Source: Actinoallomurus iriomotensis (GTDB lineage: Bacteria; Actinomycetota; Actinomycetes; Streptosporangiales; Streptosporangiaceae). Taken from it: DNA of 64,000 bases. The notes beneath the pieces were generated by a model. The model did no database searches, was not told where the DNA came from, and saw only the letters and a list, made by a program, of their open reading frames with translations. Position numbers and translations under genes: made by a program. The stretch covers positions 132,649 to 196,648 of the forward strand of contig NZ_BSTJ01000015.1 of the NCBI RefSeq assembly GCF_030269445.1. The letters run 5' to 3'. Positions 30,814 to 41,800 of the stretch are shown piece after piece (positions within the stretch are counted from its first letter, which is position 1; each line of letters starts with the position of its first letter).

Positions 30814-32586
30814 TCATTGAGGGGAGTCCGTGCCCCTCCAGCGGCGGCGCAGGGCGAAGGCCGCGGACTTCGGGCGGCGGTCGCGAGTGAAGACGCCCTT
30901 CTTGTTGCCGTCCACCCGGTTCACGCCGTATCCGGTGGCGAAGTCGGCGAAGTTCCAGACGTGCTCGCCGACGACCGAGTCGATCCGGTCGAACACCCGG
31001 TGGAAGGTCTCCAGGAGTTCCACCTGGTAGTCCTCGGTCCAGGTGCCCGCCGTGACCGAGCGCACGCCGGCGACGGCGTCCGCGCCGTACTCGGTGACGA
31101 TGATCGGCTTGCCGTGCCGCCGTACCCACTCCCGGAGCTCGGCCTCCAGCTCGCGCTCGGCGGTGGCCAGGTCGCCCGTGTCGACGTACCAGCCGTTGTA
31201 GCGGTTGAGGCAGATGACGTCGAACAGGTCGCTGATGACGTCCCGGTCCGGGGGCAGCTGGACCTGGGCGAAGCAGACCGGCCGGCTCGGGTCGGCGGCG
31301 CGCGCCGCCGCGACGAGCGGCTCGAAGTACGGACGTGCCTCGGGCCGGGCGGAGTCCGGTTCGTTGGCGATGCTCCACATGACCACGCTGGGGTGGTTCT
31401 TGTCGCGGGCCACGAGTTCGCGGATCGCGTGCAGGTGCGCCGCCCGCGTGGTGTCGTCGACGGCGGCGAAGATGTGCTCCGGGTCGCCCGGCACCAGCGT
31501 GTGGGCGATCTCGAAGTTGAGCCCGACGGCCGGCGTCTCGTCGATGATCACCACGCCGTGCCGGTCGGCGTACTCCAGCACCTCCTCGGCGTACGGGTAG
31601 TGGGAGGTGCGGAAGGAGTTCGCGCCGATCCACCTCAGCAGCGCGAAGTCGTGCACCATGAGCACGTCGTCGTGGCCCTTGCCGCGCACCGCGCCGTCCT
31701 CGTGCTTGCCGAAGCCGCGGAAGCGGAACGGCTCCCCGTTGATCAGGAACCGGTCGCCGTCCACCCGTACGTCGCGCAGGCCCACCGGCAGGACGTACTC
31801 GTCGGGGTCGGCGCCGGCCGTACGGACCTCCAGGTGGTGCAGGTGGCCGTGGCCGGGCCGCCACAGCTTCGCGTCCGCGACCTCCAGCGTGCCCTCGGCG
31901 GCCGCGGCCCGCGCGCGCTCGGTGCCGTCGGCGTCGCGCAGCACCACCTCGGCCACCCGTCCGCCGGCGACGTCGACGCGGTAGCGCACCTGGGCGTCGG
32001 CGCCGGTCACCTCCGTGGTGACGGTGATGTCCTCGACGTACTCGGGGGGCGTCGTGTACAGCCAGACCGTACGGTGCAGGCCCGCGTAGTTGAAGAAGTC
32101 GTGGAAGTACCGCTGGCGGCGGCGTCCGTCCGGCAGGACGTCGACGATGCCGGGCGGGATGGAGGTCAGGTGCAGCCGGTTGTCGACCACGACGGTGACC
32201 CGTGCGGTCTCGCCGGACCGTACGTGCGCGGTGACGTCGCACTCGAACGGCGTGTAGCCGCCCTCGTGCCGCCCGACCTCGACGTCGTTCCACCAGACGA
32301 CGGCGCGGTGGGCGGCCGCGTCGAAGCGCAGCACGACGCGGCGCCCGTCCCACCGGGCCGGCACGCGTACGTGCCGCTGGTACCAGACGTCGCCGACGTG
32401 GTCGTGGGCCTCGCGGGTGGCGGGCACGTCGTTGTAGCTGGCGGGCACGGGCATCTCCACCGCGCCGGGCAGGTCACCGCGCCACCACTCCTCGGCGCGC
32501 CCCCGGTCGGCGGGGTCGAAGGCGAAGGCCCAGAGCCCGTCGAGGCGGACGCGTTCGCGGCTGGAGGTGTCCTGGGGACGGAGCAC
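30814..32586 (-). CDS. Cytoplasmic GH2 beta-glucuronidase (GusA/UidA-like)
   Basis: NSFRTSHYPY, WSIANEP, TEYGAD, 590 aa, no signal peptide. Confidence 0.85.
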   Translation of the reverse strand: MLRPQDTSSRERVRLDGLWAFAFDPADRGRAEEWWRGDLPGAVEMPVPASYNDVPATREAHDHVGDVWYQRHVRVPARWDGRRVVLRFDAAAHRAVVWWNDVEVGRHEGGYTPFECDVTAHVRSGETARVTVVVDNRLHLTSIPPGIVDVLPDGRRRQRYFHDFFNYAGLHRTVWLYTTPPEYVEDITVTTEVTGADAQVRYRVDVAGGRVAEVVLRDADGTERARAAAAEGTLEVADAKLWRPGHGHLHHLEVRTAGADPDEYVLPVGLRDVRVDGDRFLINGEPFRFRGFGKHEDGAVRGKGHDDVLMVHDFALLRWIGANSFRTSHYPYAEEVLEYADRHGVVIIDETPAVGLNFEIAHTLVPGDPEHIFAAVDDTTRAAHLHAIRELVARDKNHPSVVMWSIANEPDSARPEARPYFEPLVAAARAADPSRPVCFAQVQLPPDRDVISDLFDVICLNRYNGWYVDTGDLATAERELEAELREWVRRHGKPIIVTEYGADAVAGVRSVTAGTWTEDYQVELLETFHRVFDRIDSVVGEHVWNFADFATGYGVNRVDGNKKGVFTRDRRPKSAAFALRRRWRGTDSPQ

Positions 32587-32629
32587 GGGTGCCTCCGGGC
32601 ATGGTTCGGGCCGGGTCCGGCACCCGAAT

Positions 32630-33913
32630 CTAACCCACGGGCTCCTCCACGCTCGGCGTCGCGCGGCGCGTCCGCGTGCCGGTGGTGGCGAACGGCGAGT
32701 AGTGCGGCACCCAGCGCAGCAGGGCGATCGCGGCCAGGACGCCGACCACGCCCATCGTCTCGATCCCGGCGGCGAGACTGCCGAGCCCGGCGGCGGCCGA
32801 GACGACCAGCGGCCCGGCGGCCGTACCGGAGTCCGAGCACAGCCGCCACACGCCGAGGAACTGCGAGCGGGTCCGCGGCGGCGCGACGTCGGCGCCGAGG
32901 GTCATCAGGAGCCCGCTGCCGATGCCGTTGCCGAACCCCATGAGCATGGCGACCACCGCCAGCGTCACCAGTCCGTGGGTGAGCGGCAGCACGGCCTGGG
33001 TCGCCCCGAGGACCAGCATCGACGGGATCGCGATCCACAGGCGGCCCGCGCTGTCCATCACCTTGCCCGACGGGTAGAAGGTCATGGTGTCCACGAGCCC
33101 GGCCAGCCCGAAGACGACGCTCGTCGTGGACGGGCTCAGGCCGAGGTGGTCGGCCCACAGCGGCAGGACCGTCTGCCGGGTGGCGCGCACGGAGGCCACG
33201 AGCAGCACGGCCAGCCCGAGCGTCAGGAAGACCCGCCGGTGCCGCACCACGACCGAGCGTACGGACACCGGGTCGCGCCGCGGCCCGTGCGCCGTCGCGG
33301 GGCCGGCCACGTCGGGCACGAGGAGCACGACGAGCCCGGCCGCGATCGCGCAGGCCAGCGCCAGCCAGTAGATGTCGCGCACCGGACGGCCGTGCACCAC
33401 CGCGGCGCCGATGAACGGCCCGGCGAACGCGCCGACGCGCGTCATGCCGCCCAGCGTGGACAGCGCCCGCGCGCGCAGTCGCTCGGGTACGACCTCGGTG
33501 AGGTACGCCTGCCGGGCGAGGATGAAGACGGCGTTGGTGGCCCCGGTGGCGGCGACGCCGACCGCCAGTTGCCAGAGCGTGTCGGCCAGGGCGCAGCCGA
33601 GCAGGGTGACGATGGCGACCCCGGCGGCGATGAGCATCGCCCGGCGGTCGCCCACGCGGGCGGCGAGCGCCCCGGCGGGCACGTCCCCCAGGATCTGGCC
33701 CACGCCCAGCAGCGCGAGCACCAGCCCGGCCATCCCCACGGAGGCGCCGAGACCCCGCCCGCTCAACGCGATCATCGGGATGAGCGCGCCCATGCCGATC
33801 TCGAAGATGAGCGTCGGGAGGAACACCGCCGGTGCGACCCTGAGCAGGGAGACCGGTCGGGAACTCACCTGGCGGGGCCTCGCTTCTCTCTCACCGGTCG
33901 GGCGGCACGGCAC
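32630..33913 (-). CDS. MFS transporter (12 TM)
   Basis: Hydropathy pattern and MFS loop motifs. It is adjacent to the glucuronidase, which suggests glycoside or glucuronide uptake. The start is uncertain. Confidence 0.75.
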   Translation of the reverse strand: MPCRPTGEREARPRQVSSRPVSLLRVAPAVFLPTLIFEIGMGALIPMIALSGRGLGASVGMAGLVLALLGVGQILGDVPAGALAARVGDRRAMLIAAGVAIVTLLGCALADTLWQLAVGVAATGATNAVFILARQAYLTEVVPERLRARALSTLGGMTRVGAFAGPFIGAAVVHGRPVRDIYWLALACAIAAGLVVLLVPDVAGPATAHGPRRDPVSVRSVVVRHRRVFLTLGLAVLLVASVRATRQTVLPLWADHLGLSPSTTSVVFGLAGLVDTMTFYPSGKVMDSAGRLWIAIPSMLVLGATQAVLPLTHGLVTLAVVAMLMGFGNGIGSGLLMTLGADVAPPRTRSQFLGVWRLCSDSGTAAGPLVVSAAAGLGSLAAGIETMGVVGVLAAIALLRWVPHYSPFATTGTRTRRATPSVEEPVG

Positions 33914-34032
33914 TGCCCTGACATGCTATTACGCGGCTCCTGACCAGATGCGGACGGTCCCGGTCAGGACGGCATCGGTCCACGCGCGTGATGATCGGCG
34001 TGCGAGACGACCATCCTCGATAATCGACGACC

Positions 34033-34836
34033 GTGGATGCCGATCATGCGGCCGCGGACGAACTGCGGCGCCTGCGCGGCGGGTTCGACGCGGCGGCCGA
34101 GGACTACCAGCGCACCCGGCCGGTCTGCCCGCCTCGGCTGTTCGACGACCTGGTCGAGCAGGCCGGGCTCGAACCGGGAGACCGGGTCGTCGAGATCGGC
34201 TGCGGCACGGGGCAGGCGACCGTGCCGCTCGCCCGGCGCGGACTGGCCGTCACCGCCGTCGAGCCGGGCACCGAACTGGCGGCCGTCGCCCGGCGGCGCC
34301 TGGCCGGGTTCCCCGCCACCGAAGTGGTGACCTCCTCGTTCGAGGACTGGCGGCCGGGAGGCGCCCCGGTCGACGCGGTCGTGGCCGTCAACTCCCTGCA
34401 CTGGGTCGACCCGGCACTTCGCTACGCCAAGCCCCACGACCTGCTGCGTCCAGGGGGCGCCCTGGCCGTCGCGGGCTGCCTGTGGGCACGGCCCACGGAC
34501 GCCGACCCCTTCTGGACGGAGGTGCAGGAGGACTACCAGGCCGTGGGTTTCGAGGGCGACCCGCCGCCGCCACCGGAGCGGATCGGCCCGCGCCACCTCC
34601 CGCCGGAGGCGGAGCGCCTCTTCGAAGAGGTGGCGAGCCTGCGCTACCCCTTCGAGGTCGTCTACCGCGCCGACGACTACGTCGCCAATCTCGCCACCCA
34701 GTCGGGCACGAACGCACTCGGCGAACCCCGCCGCACCGAGTTCCTGACCCGCGTACGGCACCGCCTGGAGTCGCTCGGCGATCCACATCTGACCGCGACG
34801 TTCGTCGGCCTGCTGACCGTCGGACGCCGGAGGTGA
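34033..34836 (+). CDS. Class I SAM-dependent methyltransferase
   Basis: Motif I VVEIGCGTGQAT, motif II/III. 267 aa. Confidence 0.8.
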   Translation: MDADHAAADELRRLRGGFDAAAEDYQRTRPVCPPRLFDDLVEQAGLEPGDRVVEIGCGTGQATVPLARRGLAVTAVEPGTELAAVARRRLAGFPATEVVTSSFEDWRPGGAPVDAVVAVNSLHWVDPALRYAKPHDLLRPGGALAVAGCLWARPTDADPFWTEVQEDYQAVGFEGDPPPPPERIGPRHLPPEAERLFEEVASLRYPFEVVYRADDYVANLATQSGTNALGEPRRTEFLTRVRHRLESLGDPHLTATFVGLLTVGRRR

Positions 34837-35008
34837 CCGGGGAGGCGCGGGCTAGGAGCGTGGGTCGGTAACGGACAAGCCGCCGAGCGGTCGTGATCGA
34901 CTGTCCGGCCGTTCGGGGTCTTGTGGTGGTGACGGGGCGGGTCCAGGGCGGCAGCGACAATGTCCGGTGTTGTCCCAGGGGCGGGTGGCAGTCCTGCCGC
35001 CGGGGCCG

Positions 35009-36499
35009 TCAGGCTCGGGCTGCGGGCAGCCCGGCGGTTCCGGCGTGCCGGAAGATCTTGCGGAGGTTGTGGCAGGCGGCCAGTAGCCGCCATTCGCCGC
35101 GGGCTCCGGCCTCGCCGCGCAGCAGGAGTTCCCGGCCGTCCTGGCAGGTCATGATCTGGCCGAATACGGGTTCGACGATGGCTTTTCGGCGGGCATAGGC
35201 GGCCCGTCCGGGTTTGGTCCGCAGCTTGCGGGCCATGCGCTCCTTCGGTGCCGCGTCGGTCGGGATGCGTCCGCGCGGTGCCGCCGGGACCTGCTGGTCG
35301 TGGGCGAGGCGGCCGGTGGCCATAAGGTGTCGGTGCCGTGCTCGGCCTTGCGCGCAGCGGCGGCTTGAAGGTTTGCCTCGGAGCAGTACCCTGCGTCGAC
35401 CAGGGCCTGACGTGCATGGATGCCGGTGTTGGTGGCGGACTGGTCCAGCATCGTCGTGTAGTTCAGCGCGTCCGACGGGTTCGTGGTGACGTCGGCGGCG
35501 GTGATGATCTGGTGGGCGTCGTCCACGACGGCTTGGGCGTTGTAGGCCTGGATGTAGGCGCCGTCGCCATTTTCATGATCCGCGACTGCGGGTCGGTGAA
35601 GTTGGCCTGGGCCTTGTCCTTCGGGCGGGCCGTAGCCTGCGCCTGGCGGCCGGCGGCCTCGACAGCCCCAGGGTCGTCGTCGCCGGACCGGTCCTGACGG
35701 CGGCGTTCTTTGTCCTCGGCGTGTTTGCGCGCCTTGGCGGCGGCCTCGGCCTCGATCTGCGCGCGAGCGGCCTGCAACCTGGCCAGGCGCTTCTCCCGCC
35801 GGTCCAGCTCGGCCGACAGGTCGGCGTCCTTGCCGTTCACGCCGAAGCGCTCGTCCTCGGCGGCGTCGACGGCTGCGGCGTCGGCCAGCAGCGCAGCGGC
35901 GGCGGCTTCGAGCTGGGCGATCTCGGCTTCGACGCGTTCCTCCTTGTCCACCAACCGGACGTAGCTCATCGCCTTGTGCTTGGAGGCGGCCGCTTCCAAC
36001 TTGGTGCCGTCCAGCGCGGCCCGGCCCATCTTCACCATGCCCAGCTTCTGCGCCAGGTGCAGCGACTGGGTGAAGATCCCGGCCAGGACTCCAGATGCCG
36101 GGCGCGGAACCGGGATATCGACGGGTAGTCCGGGTCGGCCCCAGCGGCCAGGTAGCGGAACGCCACGTCGTCTATGCACTTGCGCTCTATCGCCCGCGAC
36201 GAGCGCACCCCGGTGGTGTAGCCGTAGATCAGCAGCCGTACCATCAGCCGCGGGTCATACGGCGGGAATCCGCGCTTCTCGGTGTAGGCCGCCAGGACCG
36301 GACCGAGGTTCAGGACCTCGTCGACCAGCTCGGCCACGAACCGGGCCAGATGCCCTTCGGGCAGCCATTCATCAAGCGACGGCGGCAGCAACAGCATCTG
36401 ATCCGGTGCAAGCGCCCGGAACGTCTTCTTCACCGGCGGCGCGGCCCTCGGCTCCACTCCCGCCGGATCCACCTCGAACAGGCCATCCCCGCCAGACAT
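35009..36499 (-). mobile_element. Decayed IS1182-family (DDE Tnp_1 superfamily) transposase gene with at least 3 frameshifts; no intact transposase
   Basis: The transposase is split over four ORFs. 36032..36499 carries RGFPPYDPRLMVRLLIYGYTTGVRSSRAIERKCIDDVAFRYL. 35463..36179 carries NFTDPQSRIMK and the coiled region. 35149..35526 carries the DDE ...YCSEANL. 35009..35323 carries RKAIVEPVFGQIM...GEWRLLAACHNLRKI. Total about 497 aa, the IS1182 size class. Confidence 0.7.
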
Positions 36500-36622
36500 A
36501 ACAAGATCTTCTTATGCAAAAGATCGCACGAACGGCTGGTGGGGTTGGCGTGCCGACCAACGCTCGTAGCTTCCTAGGCGCCCGATCTACGACAGCAATC
36601 GGCGACCGTGAAAAGGTAGGTT

Positions 36623-37414
36623 GTGCCCGCTGACGCCTGTGCGAGGCTTGCCCGCGTGACGACCTACTACTGGGACTCGGTTTCCCTCGACGCGTCGGAG
36701 TTGGAGGCCGCCCGCGCGGAGTTGGTGAAGTCCTCCAGCGGCGCCGCGTTCGTCGACGCCTTCCTCAAGCTCCTGCGAAGCGGGCAGCGGGTGCCCGTCA
36801 GCGTCGCCCTCGCGCGGTTCCAGTATGCGGAGGCTGAAAGCAGGTGGGGCGGCGGCAATCCATGCGAGCCGTACGAAGCGGAGATCCTGGAGCGGGCCCG
36901 CTGGGTCCTGCGGCAGCCTCCGCTGACGGCCGCGGAAAGCGGCGCCGGGAGAGACGGGGCCGATCACGCCAGTGCGCTGCTGGCCATGACGAATCTGGCG
37001 CAGCCGGAGGACGCCGAGCTCATCGCCGACGTGATGGAACGGACAACCGACCCCGAGGTGCTGTCGAACGCGAGCGGCGCGGCGACGAAGCCGCTCGAAC
37101 AGGCCGACACGCCGAACCCCAGGCTGATCCAAGTCATCGGCCGCATCGCCATGGACGACTCGCGGGACGTCCGAACCCGGGCCGAAGTGATGGAGACGCT
37201 GAGGTTCGCGCAATGTGCCGAAGGCGCCGAGATCGTCATGCGGCTCACCGAGTCCGACGATATCCAGCTTCAAGTCAGCGCCGCATCGGTCCTCGCCGCG
37301 GCCCATCTGGCGACCCACCGTGAGGTGGTGGAACGCCTCATGGCTGCGTGGCCGCAGGACACGCCTGGCGCATACTACCCGCGCATGTTGCTGGATGAAG
37401 CCGACGAGGAGTAG
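36623..37414 (+). CDS. Hypothetical alpha-helical protein (possible HEAT-like repeats)
   Basis: GTG start preceded by AAGGTAGG. Non-biased composition. No recognisable domain. Confidence 0.45.
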   Translation: MPADACARLARVTTYYWDSVSLDASELEAARAELVKSSSGAAFVDAFLKLLRSGQRVPVSVALARFQYAEAESRWGGGNPCEPYEAEILERARWVLRQPPLTAAESGAGRDGADHASALLAMTNLAQPEDAELIADVMERTTDPEVLSNASGAATKPLEQADTPNPRLIQVIGRIAMDDSRDVRTRAEVMETLRFAQCAEGAEIVMRLTESDDIQLQVSAASVLAAAHLATHREVVERLMAAWPQDTPGAYYPRMLLDEADEE

Positions 37415-37492
37415 GGCCGGGCAGGGTACGACCCCGGAGCCATGGACCGCCAAGCCACTCTTCAGCGGGGTCGGCATTACTGACCCACGCTC

Positions 37493-38659
37493 CTAGGCGG
37501 CGGACTCCGTGGCGGCGAGGGTCAGCGCTCCGATCAGGCCCGCTCGGGGGCCCAGCGAGGAGGTGCGGACCTGGACGCGGTCGCTGATCGCGGGCTGGGC
37601 GAAGCGGCGCAGGGACTCGCGGATCCCTTCCAGGAGAGCGTCGCCCGCGGTGGCGAGTTCGCCGCCGATGATGAGCATCGCGGGGTCCAGGGCGTTGCAC
37701 AGGTCGGACAGGACCCGTCCGATCCGGCGTCCCGCATCGGTGATGATCCGGGCCGCGACCGGGTTGCCGGCCAGGGCGGCCAGGGAGAGGTCGTCGGGCC
37801 ATTCGGTTCGTTCGGGAAGCGGCAGGCCCGCCGCGACGAGTTGCCGCCACACCTCGCCGATCGACACCACCGACTCGAGGCAGCCGCGCTGCCCGCACCG
37901 GCACTGCGCACCGCCCTCCTGGATCAGCGTGTGCCCGATCTCCCCCGACGCGCCGTACGCTCCGGTGTAGCGCCGGCCCGCGAGGATCAGCCCGGCCCCG
38001 ATGCCGTGGGAGGCCTTGACGTAGATCAGGTCGGACGCGTTCCGCCCGGTCCCGTGGGTGTGCTCGGCCAGCGCGGCGAGCTCGGCGTCGTTGGCGATCA
38101 GCACCTCGCCGCCGAGGCGGGCGGTCAGCTCCTGCCGGGGACGGACTCCGGTCCAGCCCGCGAGGATCGTGGCCGACTGGATCCGGCCGGTCGCCTGGTT
38201 GACCGGTCCCGGGATCCCCGCCGCCGTCCGCAGCACCGAGCCGGCCGGGACTCCCGTCCGGTCCAGGAGGTCGGCGACCAGGACCGCCGCCTGGTCGAGC
38301 GCGTTGCCGGCCGAGGCCTCCACGTCGAGGCGCATCCTGGCCTCGGCGACGATCTCCTGCGTGGTCGTGGCGAGCGCCGCCGCGATGTGCGTGTGCCCGA
38401 AGTCGATCCCGACGAGGTGTCCCGGCGGGCGGCGGGGGGACAGCCGCGACGACGGCCGGCCGCGTCCCGTCTGGCCGTCGGCCGCGTGTTCCCGCACCAG
38501 CCCTTCGGCCAGCAGCCCCCGGACGATCCCCGCGACCGTGCTCGGCGCGAGCCCGGTCCGGCGGCTCAGCTCCTGCCGGGTCGCGGGGAAGGACTGGTTC
38601 AGCGCGTCGAGGATCGTGCGCCTGCTGCGTTCGATCCGCTGGTTCGGTGGGGTGGCCAC
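37493..38659 (-). CDS. ROK-family transcriptional regulator (NagC/XylR type)
   Basis: N-terminal wHTH, sugar-kinase-like fold and Zn motif CRCGQRGCLE. The start was moved to the GTG (VATPPNQRIERSRRTILDAL) because the ORF-track N-terminus MLSIVIRY is encoded by the AT-rich palindromic operator. Confidence 0.8.
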   Translation of the reverse strand: MATPPNQRIERSRRTILDALNQSFPATRQELSRRTGLAPSTVAGIVRGLLAEGLVREHAADGQTGRGRPSSRLSPRRPPGHLVGIDFGHTHIAAALATTTQEIVAEARMRLDVEASAGNALDQAAVLVADLLDRTGVPAGSVLRTAAGIPGPVNQATGRIQSATILAGWTGVRPRQELTARLGGEVLIANDAELAALAEHTHGTGRNASDLIYVKASHGIGAGLILAGRRYTGAYGASGEIGHTLIQEGGAQCRCGQRGCLESVVSIGEVWRQLVAAGLPLPERTEWPDDLSLAALAGNPVAARIITDAGRRIGRVLSDLCNALDPAMLIIGGELATAGDALLEGIRESLRRFAQPAISDRVQVRTSSLGPRAGLIGALTLAATESAA

Positions 38660-38670
38660 GGGCCGAGCGT

Positions 38671-38703
38671 ACCTAATTACGATGCTTAGCACCCTAATTA
38701 GGT
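38671..38703. promoter_or_regulatory. Perfect 9-bp inverted repeat ACCTAATTA-N15-TAATTAGGT in the divergent ROK / GH97 promoter
   Basis: ACCTAATTACGATGCTTAGCACCCTAATTAGGT, which is AT-rich in a 70% GC background. It is followed by the AT-rich gtattaagaatattgacc. Confidence 0.45.
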
Positions 38704-38806
38704 TGTATTAAGAATATTGACCAGAGTCTTTCCGTGTATCTACGATCACGAAGCTTGTCGTGGAGTGTTCTCCGCCACTCCACCCCCTCCACACGAAGAG
38801 GCATGT

Positions 38807-41800
38807 ATGAAGCGTGATGGCACGGAGTGGCGAAGAAGACGGGTGGGACTGCTCGCGATGACGGCGGCCCTCCTGGTCTCAGGAGGAGTCGTGGCGCCTC
38901 AGGTGCAGGCCCAGACCCGGGCCGAGAAGCCCGCCGCGCCCAGCGGTCTCGTCGAGGTCGCCGGGAAGGGCGCTCAGGTCGTCGACTCGCCGGACGGCGA
39001 CCTGCGGGTCGCGGTCACCTCCGACGGCGGACGTCTCACGTACAGCGTGAGGAAGCGCGACAGGGTCCTCGTCGGCGCCTCCGGACTCGGCGTGGATCTG
39101 GCGGGACGCCCCAGCCTCACCCAGGGCATGTCGATCAAGTCCGTCGAACGACACACGATCGACGAGACGTGGAAGCCCGTATGGGGAACCTCCAGCACGG
39201 TCCGGAACCACGCGCGCGAGCTCACCGTCCACGCGGTCCAGGCCGGCACCGGGTTCGAGCTCGACCTGGTGTTCCGGGTCTTCGACGACGGGGTCGGCTT
39301 CCGTTACCACTTCCCCGGCCAGCCCGGGTTGGGCGCCTACACCGTCACCGCCGAGCAGACCGAGTTCGCTCTGGATCCCGGCGCGAGGAGCTGGTCGATC
39401 GCCGCGGGCACGACCTGGAGCGCCGACGAGCAGCACTATCGCGACCTGCCCCTGTCCGCTGTCGCCACGGCCCAGACGCCCATCACCGCCTCACCCGCCG
39501 CCGACGCCTATGTGGTGGTGCACGAGGCCGACCTGACCGACTACCCCAGCATGACGCTGAAAGCGGTGCCGGGGCAGCCCGGCCGGTTCTCCAGCGACCT
39601 GATCTCCCTCCCCGACGGCACCAAGGCCAAGCTGAACGGCGAGTTCGCCACGCCCTGGCGCACCCTGACCGTGGGCGACCGACCCGGCGACCTGGGTGAG
39701 TCCCATCTGACCGAGAACCTCAACGACCCGTGCGCGATCTGCGACGACACGTCCTGGATCAAGCCCGCGACGTACACGGGCGTCTGGTGGGAACTCCAGC
39801 GGCGGGAGACCACCTGGAACGCCGGGCCCAAGCACGGCGCGACCACCGCGCGGGTCAAGCAGTACATCGACCTGGCCAAGCAGGCGGGTGCCAAATTCGT
39901 CCTCGCCGAGGGCTGGAACACCAACTCCGGCGGAGCCTGGACGGGCCAGGACTTCCTGACCCCGCAGGCCGACTTCGACCTTCCCGAGGTGCTCCGGTAC
40001 GCCAAGGCCAACGGCGTGGGGTTCATCGCGCACAACGAGACCCGGGGCGATGTCGACTACTACGACCAGAACATGGAGAAGATCTTCTCCCGGTACGAGG
40101 AACTCGGCATTCACGGGATCAAGACCGGCTACGCCACCAAGTTCGTGCTCGGCGGGGTCAACCGCAGCCACTACGACCAGGAGGCCGTCCGCCACTTCCA
40201 GCGGGTGATCGACACGGCGGCCCGGCACCACATCATGGTCGACGCCCATGAGGCGATCAAACCCACCGGCCTGGCGCGCACCTACCCGAACATGATGACG
40301 GGTGAAGGCGTCGCGGGCATGGAGCAGCAGAACTACATGGGCGTCAACGGCAACCCGCCCGCGCAGGCCACGATTCTCCCATTCACCCGGTACATGGGAG
40401 GGCCCGCCGACTACACGCCCGGCGTCCTGAACGTCACCTGGGACCCGGCCCACCTCGGGACCCGCGTCCAGACCACCTCGGCCGCGCAGCTCGCGCTGTA
40501 CCCGACGTTCTTCAGCCCCCTGCAGATGCTCGCCGACACCCCCGAGAACTACGCCGCCCACCCCGGCTTCGCCTTCCTCAAGGACATGCCCACCACCTGG
40601 GACGAGACCCGCGTCCTGGACAGCGCCATCGGGGACTACACGACGACGGCCCGGCGGAAGGGCGACACCTGGTACCTCGGCGCGATCACCGACGAGAACG
40701 ACCGGACCCTCCAGGTGCCGCTGTCCTTCCTCTCGCACGGCACCTTCGTGGCGGAGATCTACGCCGATGCCCAGGAGACCACCTGGAAGGGCGACCCGCT
40801 GCCCGTCGAGATCCGCAGGACGCTGGTCAAACCGTCCACCCGGTTGTCCATGTCGCTGGTCGCCGCCGGCGGCCAGGCGGTCAAGCTCAGGCCCGCGACC
40901 GCCGCGGATCTGGCGGACCTGCCCTGGTACGCCGCGCCGCGTGCCGGTTACGGCACCACCCAGGCCGTACTGGACCCGGCCACCCAGCAGCTGACCGTGA
41001 AGGTCCCGCTCACCAACGGCGGCAGCACCGTGGCCGCGTTCGAGGCCCAGGTGTTCCTCGACGGCCGCCCCGCCGGCGAGGCGCGGCGCGTCCGCGTCGC
41101 GGGCGGCGGAACCCGGACCGTCGAGTGGACGCTCCCCGCCGCGGAGGTGCCGGACCGGGACTTCCGGGTCGCGGTGGGCGCGCCCGGCGGCGAACACGGC
41201 AAGCCGGTGCCGGTGGAACAGACCCGTTCGGTGCTCGACCTCGTCCGGGAACTGCACAAGTCCGGCGAAGTGACGTCGTCCGCGCTGGCGCGCCTTCAGC
41301 CCGCGATCAACAGGGCCGAGACCACGCTCCGCCAGGGCGACCCGACGGGCCGTCTCCTGGCCCTCCAGGACGTACGGCTCGCCCTCTACGACCTGCCCCT
41401 CACCGACGTGACCGCGCCGGCCCGTACCGCCATCGACTACCGGCTCGCCCCTCGGCTCGGCGCACCGCAGGGGCTCTTCTCTCTCGCGTTGAAGGTGCGG
41501 CAGGCCACCGACACGGGGGCCGTCGACTCCGCGCTGTCCGGCAGGCTCGCCTCCGAGGTCAAGGCCGCCGTCGCGGCGGCGGTCGCGAAGAACCCCGGGG
41601 ACATGCGGGAGGCCCTGGGCCGGTTCACGACCCTGGTCGAGGCCGGACCGGTCACCCCGGACGCCGCGGCCGACCTGCTGGCCGCCGGCCGGATGCTCGC
41701 CACCGCGCCCCGTACGATCGAGGCGGAGTCCGCCCAGCTCCTCGGCGCGGCGTGCCGGCGCACCGACCACACCGGCTACACCGGTACGGGCTTCGTGGCC

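Noticed and set aside
38660-38692. ATG start (MLSIVIRYARP) of the ROK ORF
   Set aside because: These codons are the arm of the AT-rich operator palindrome. The conserved HTH begins after the downstream GTG.
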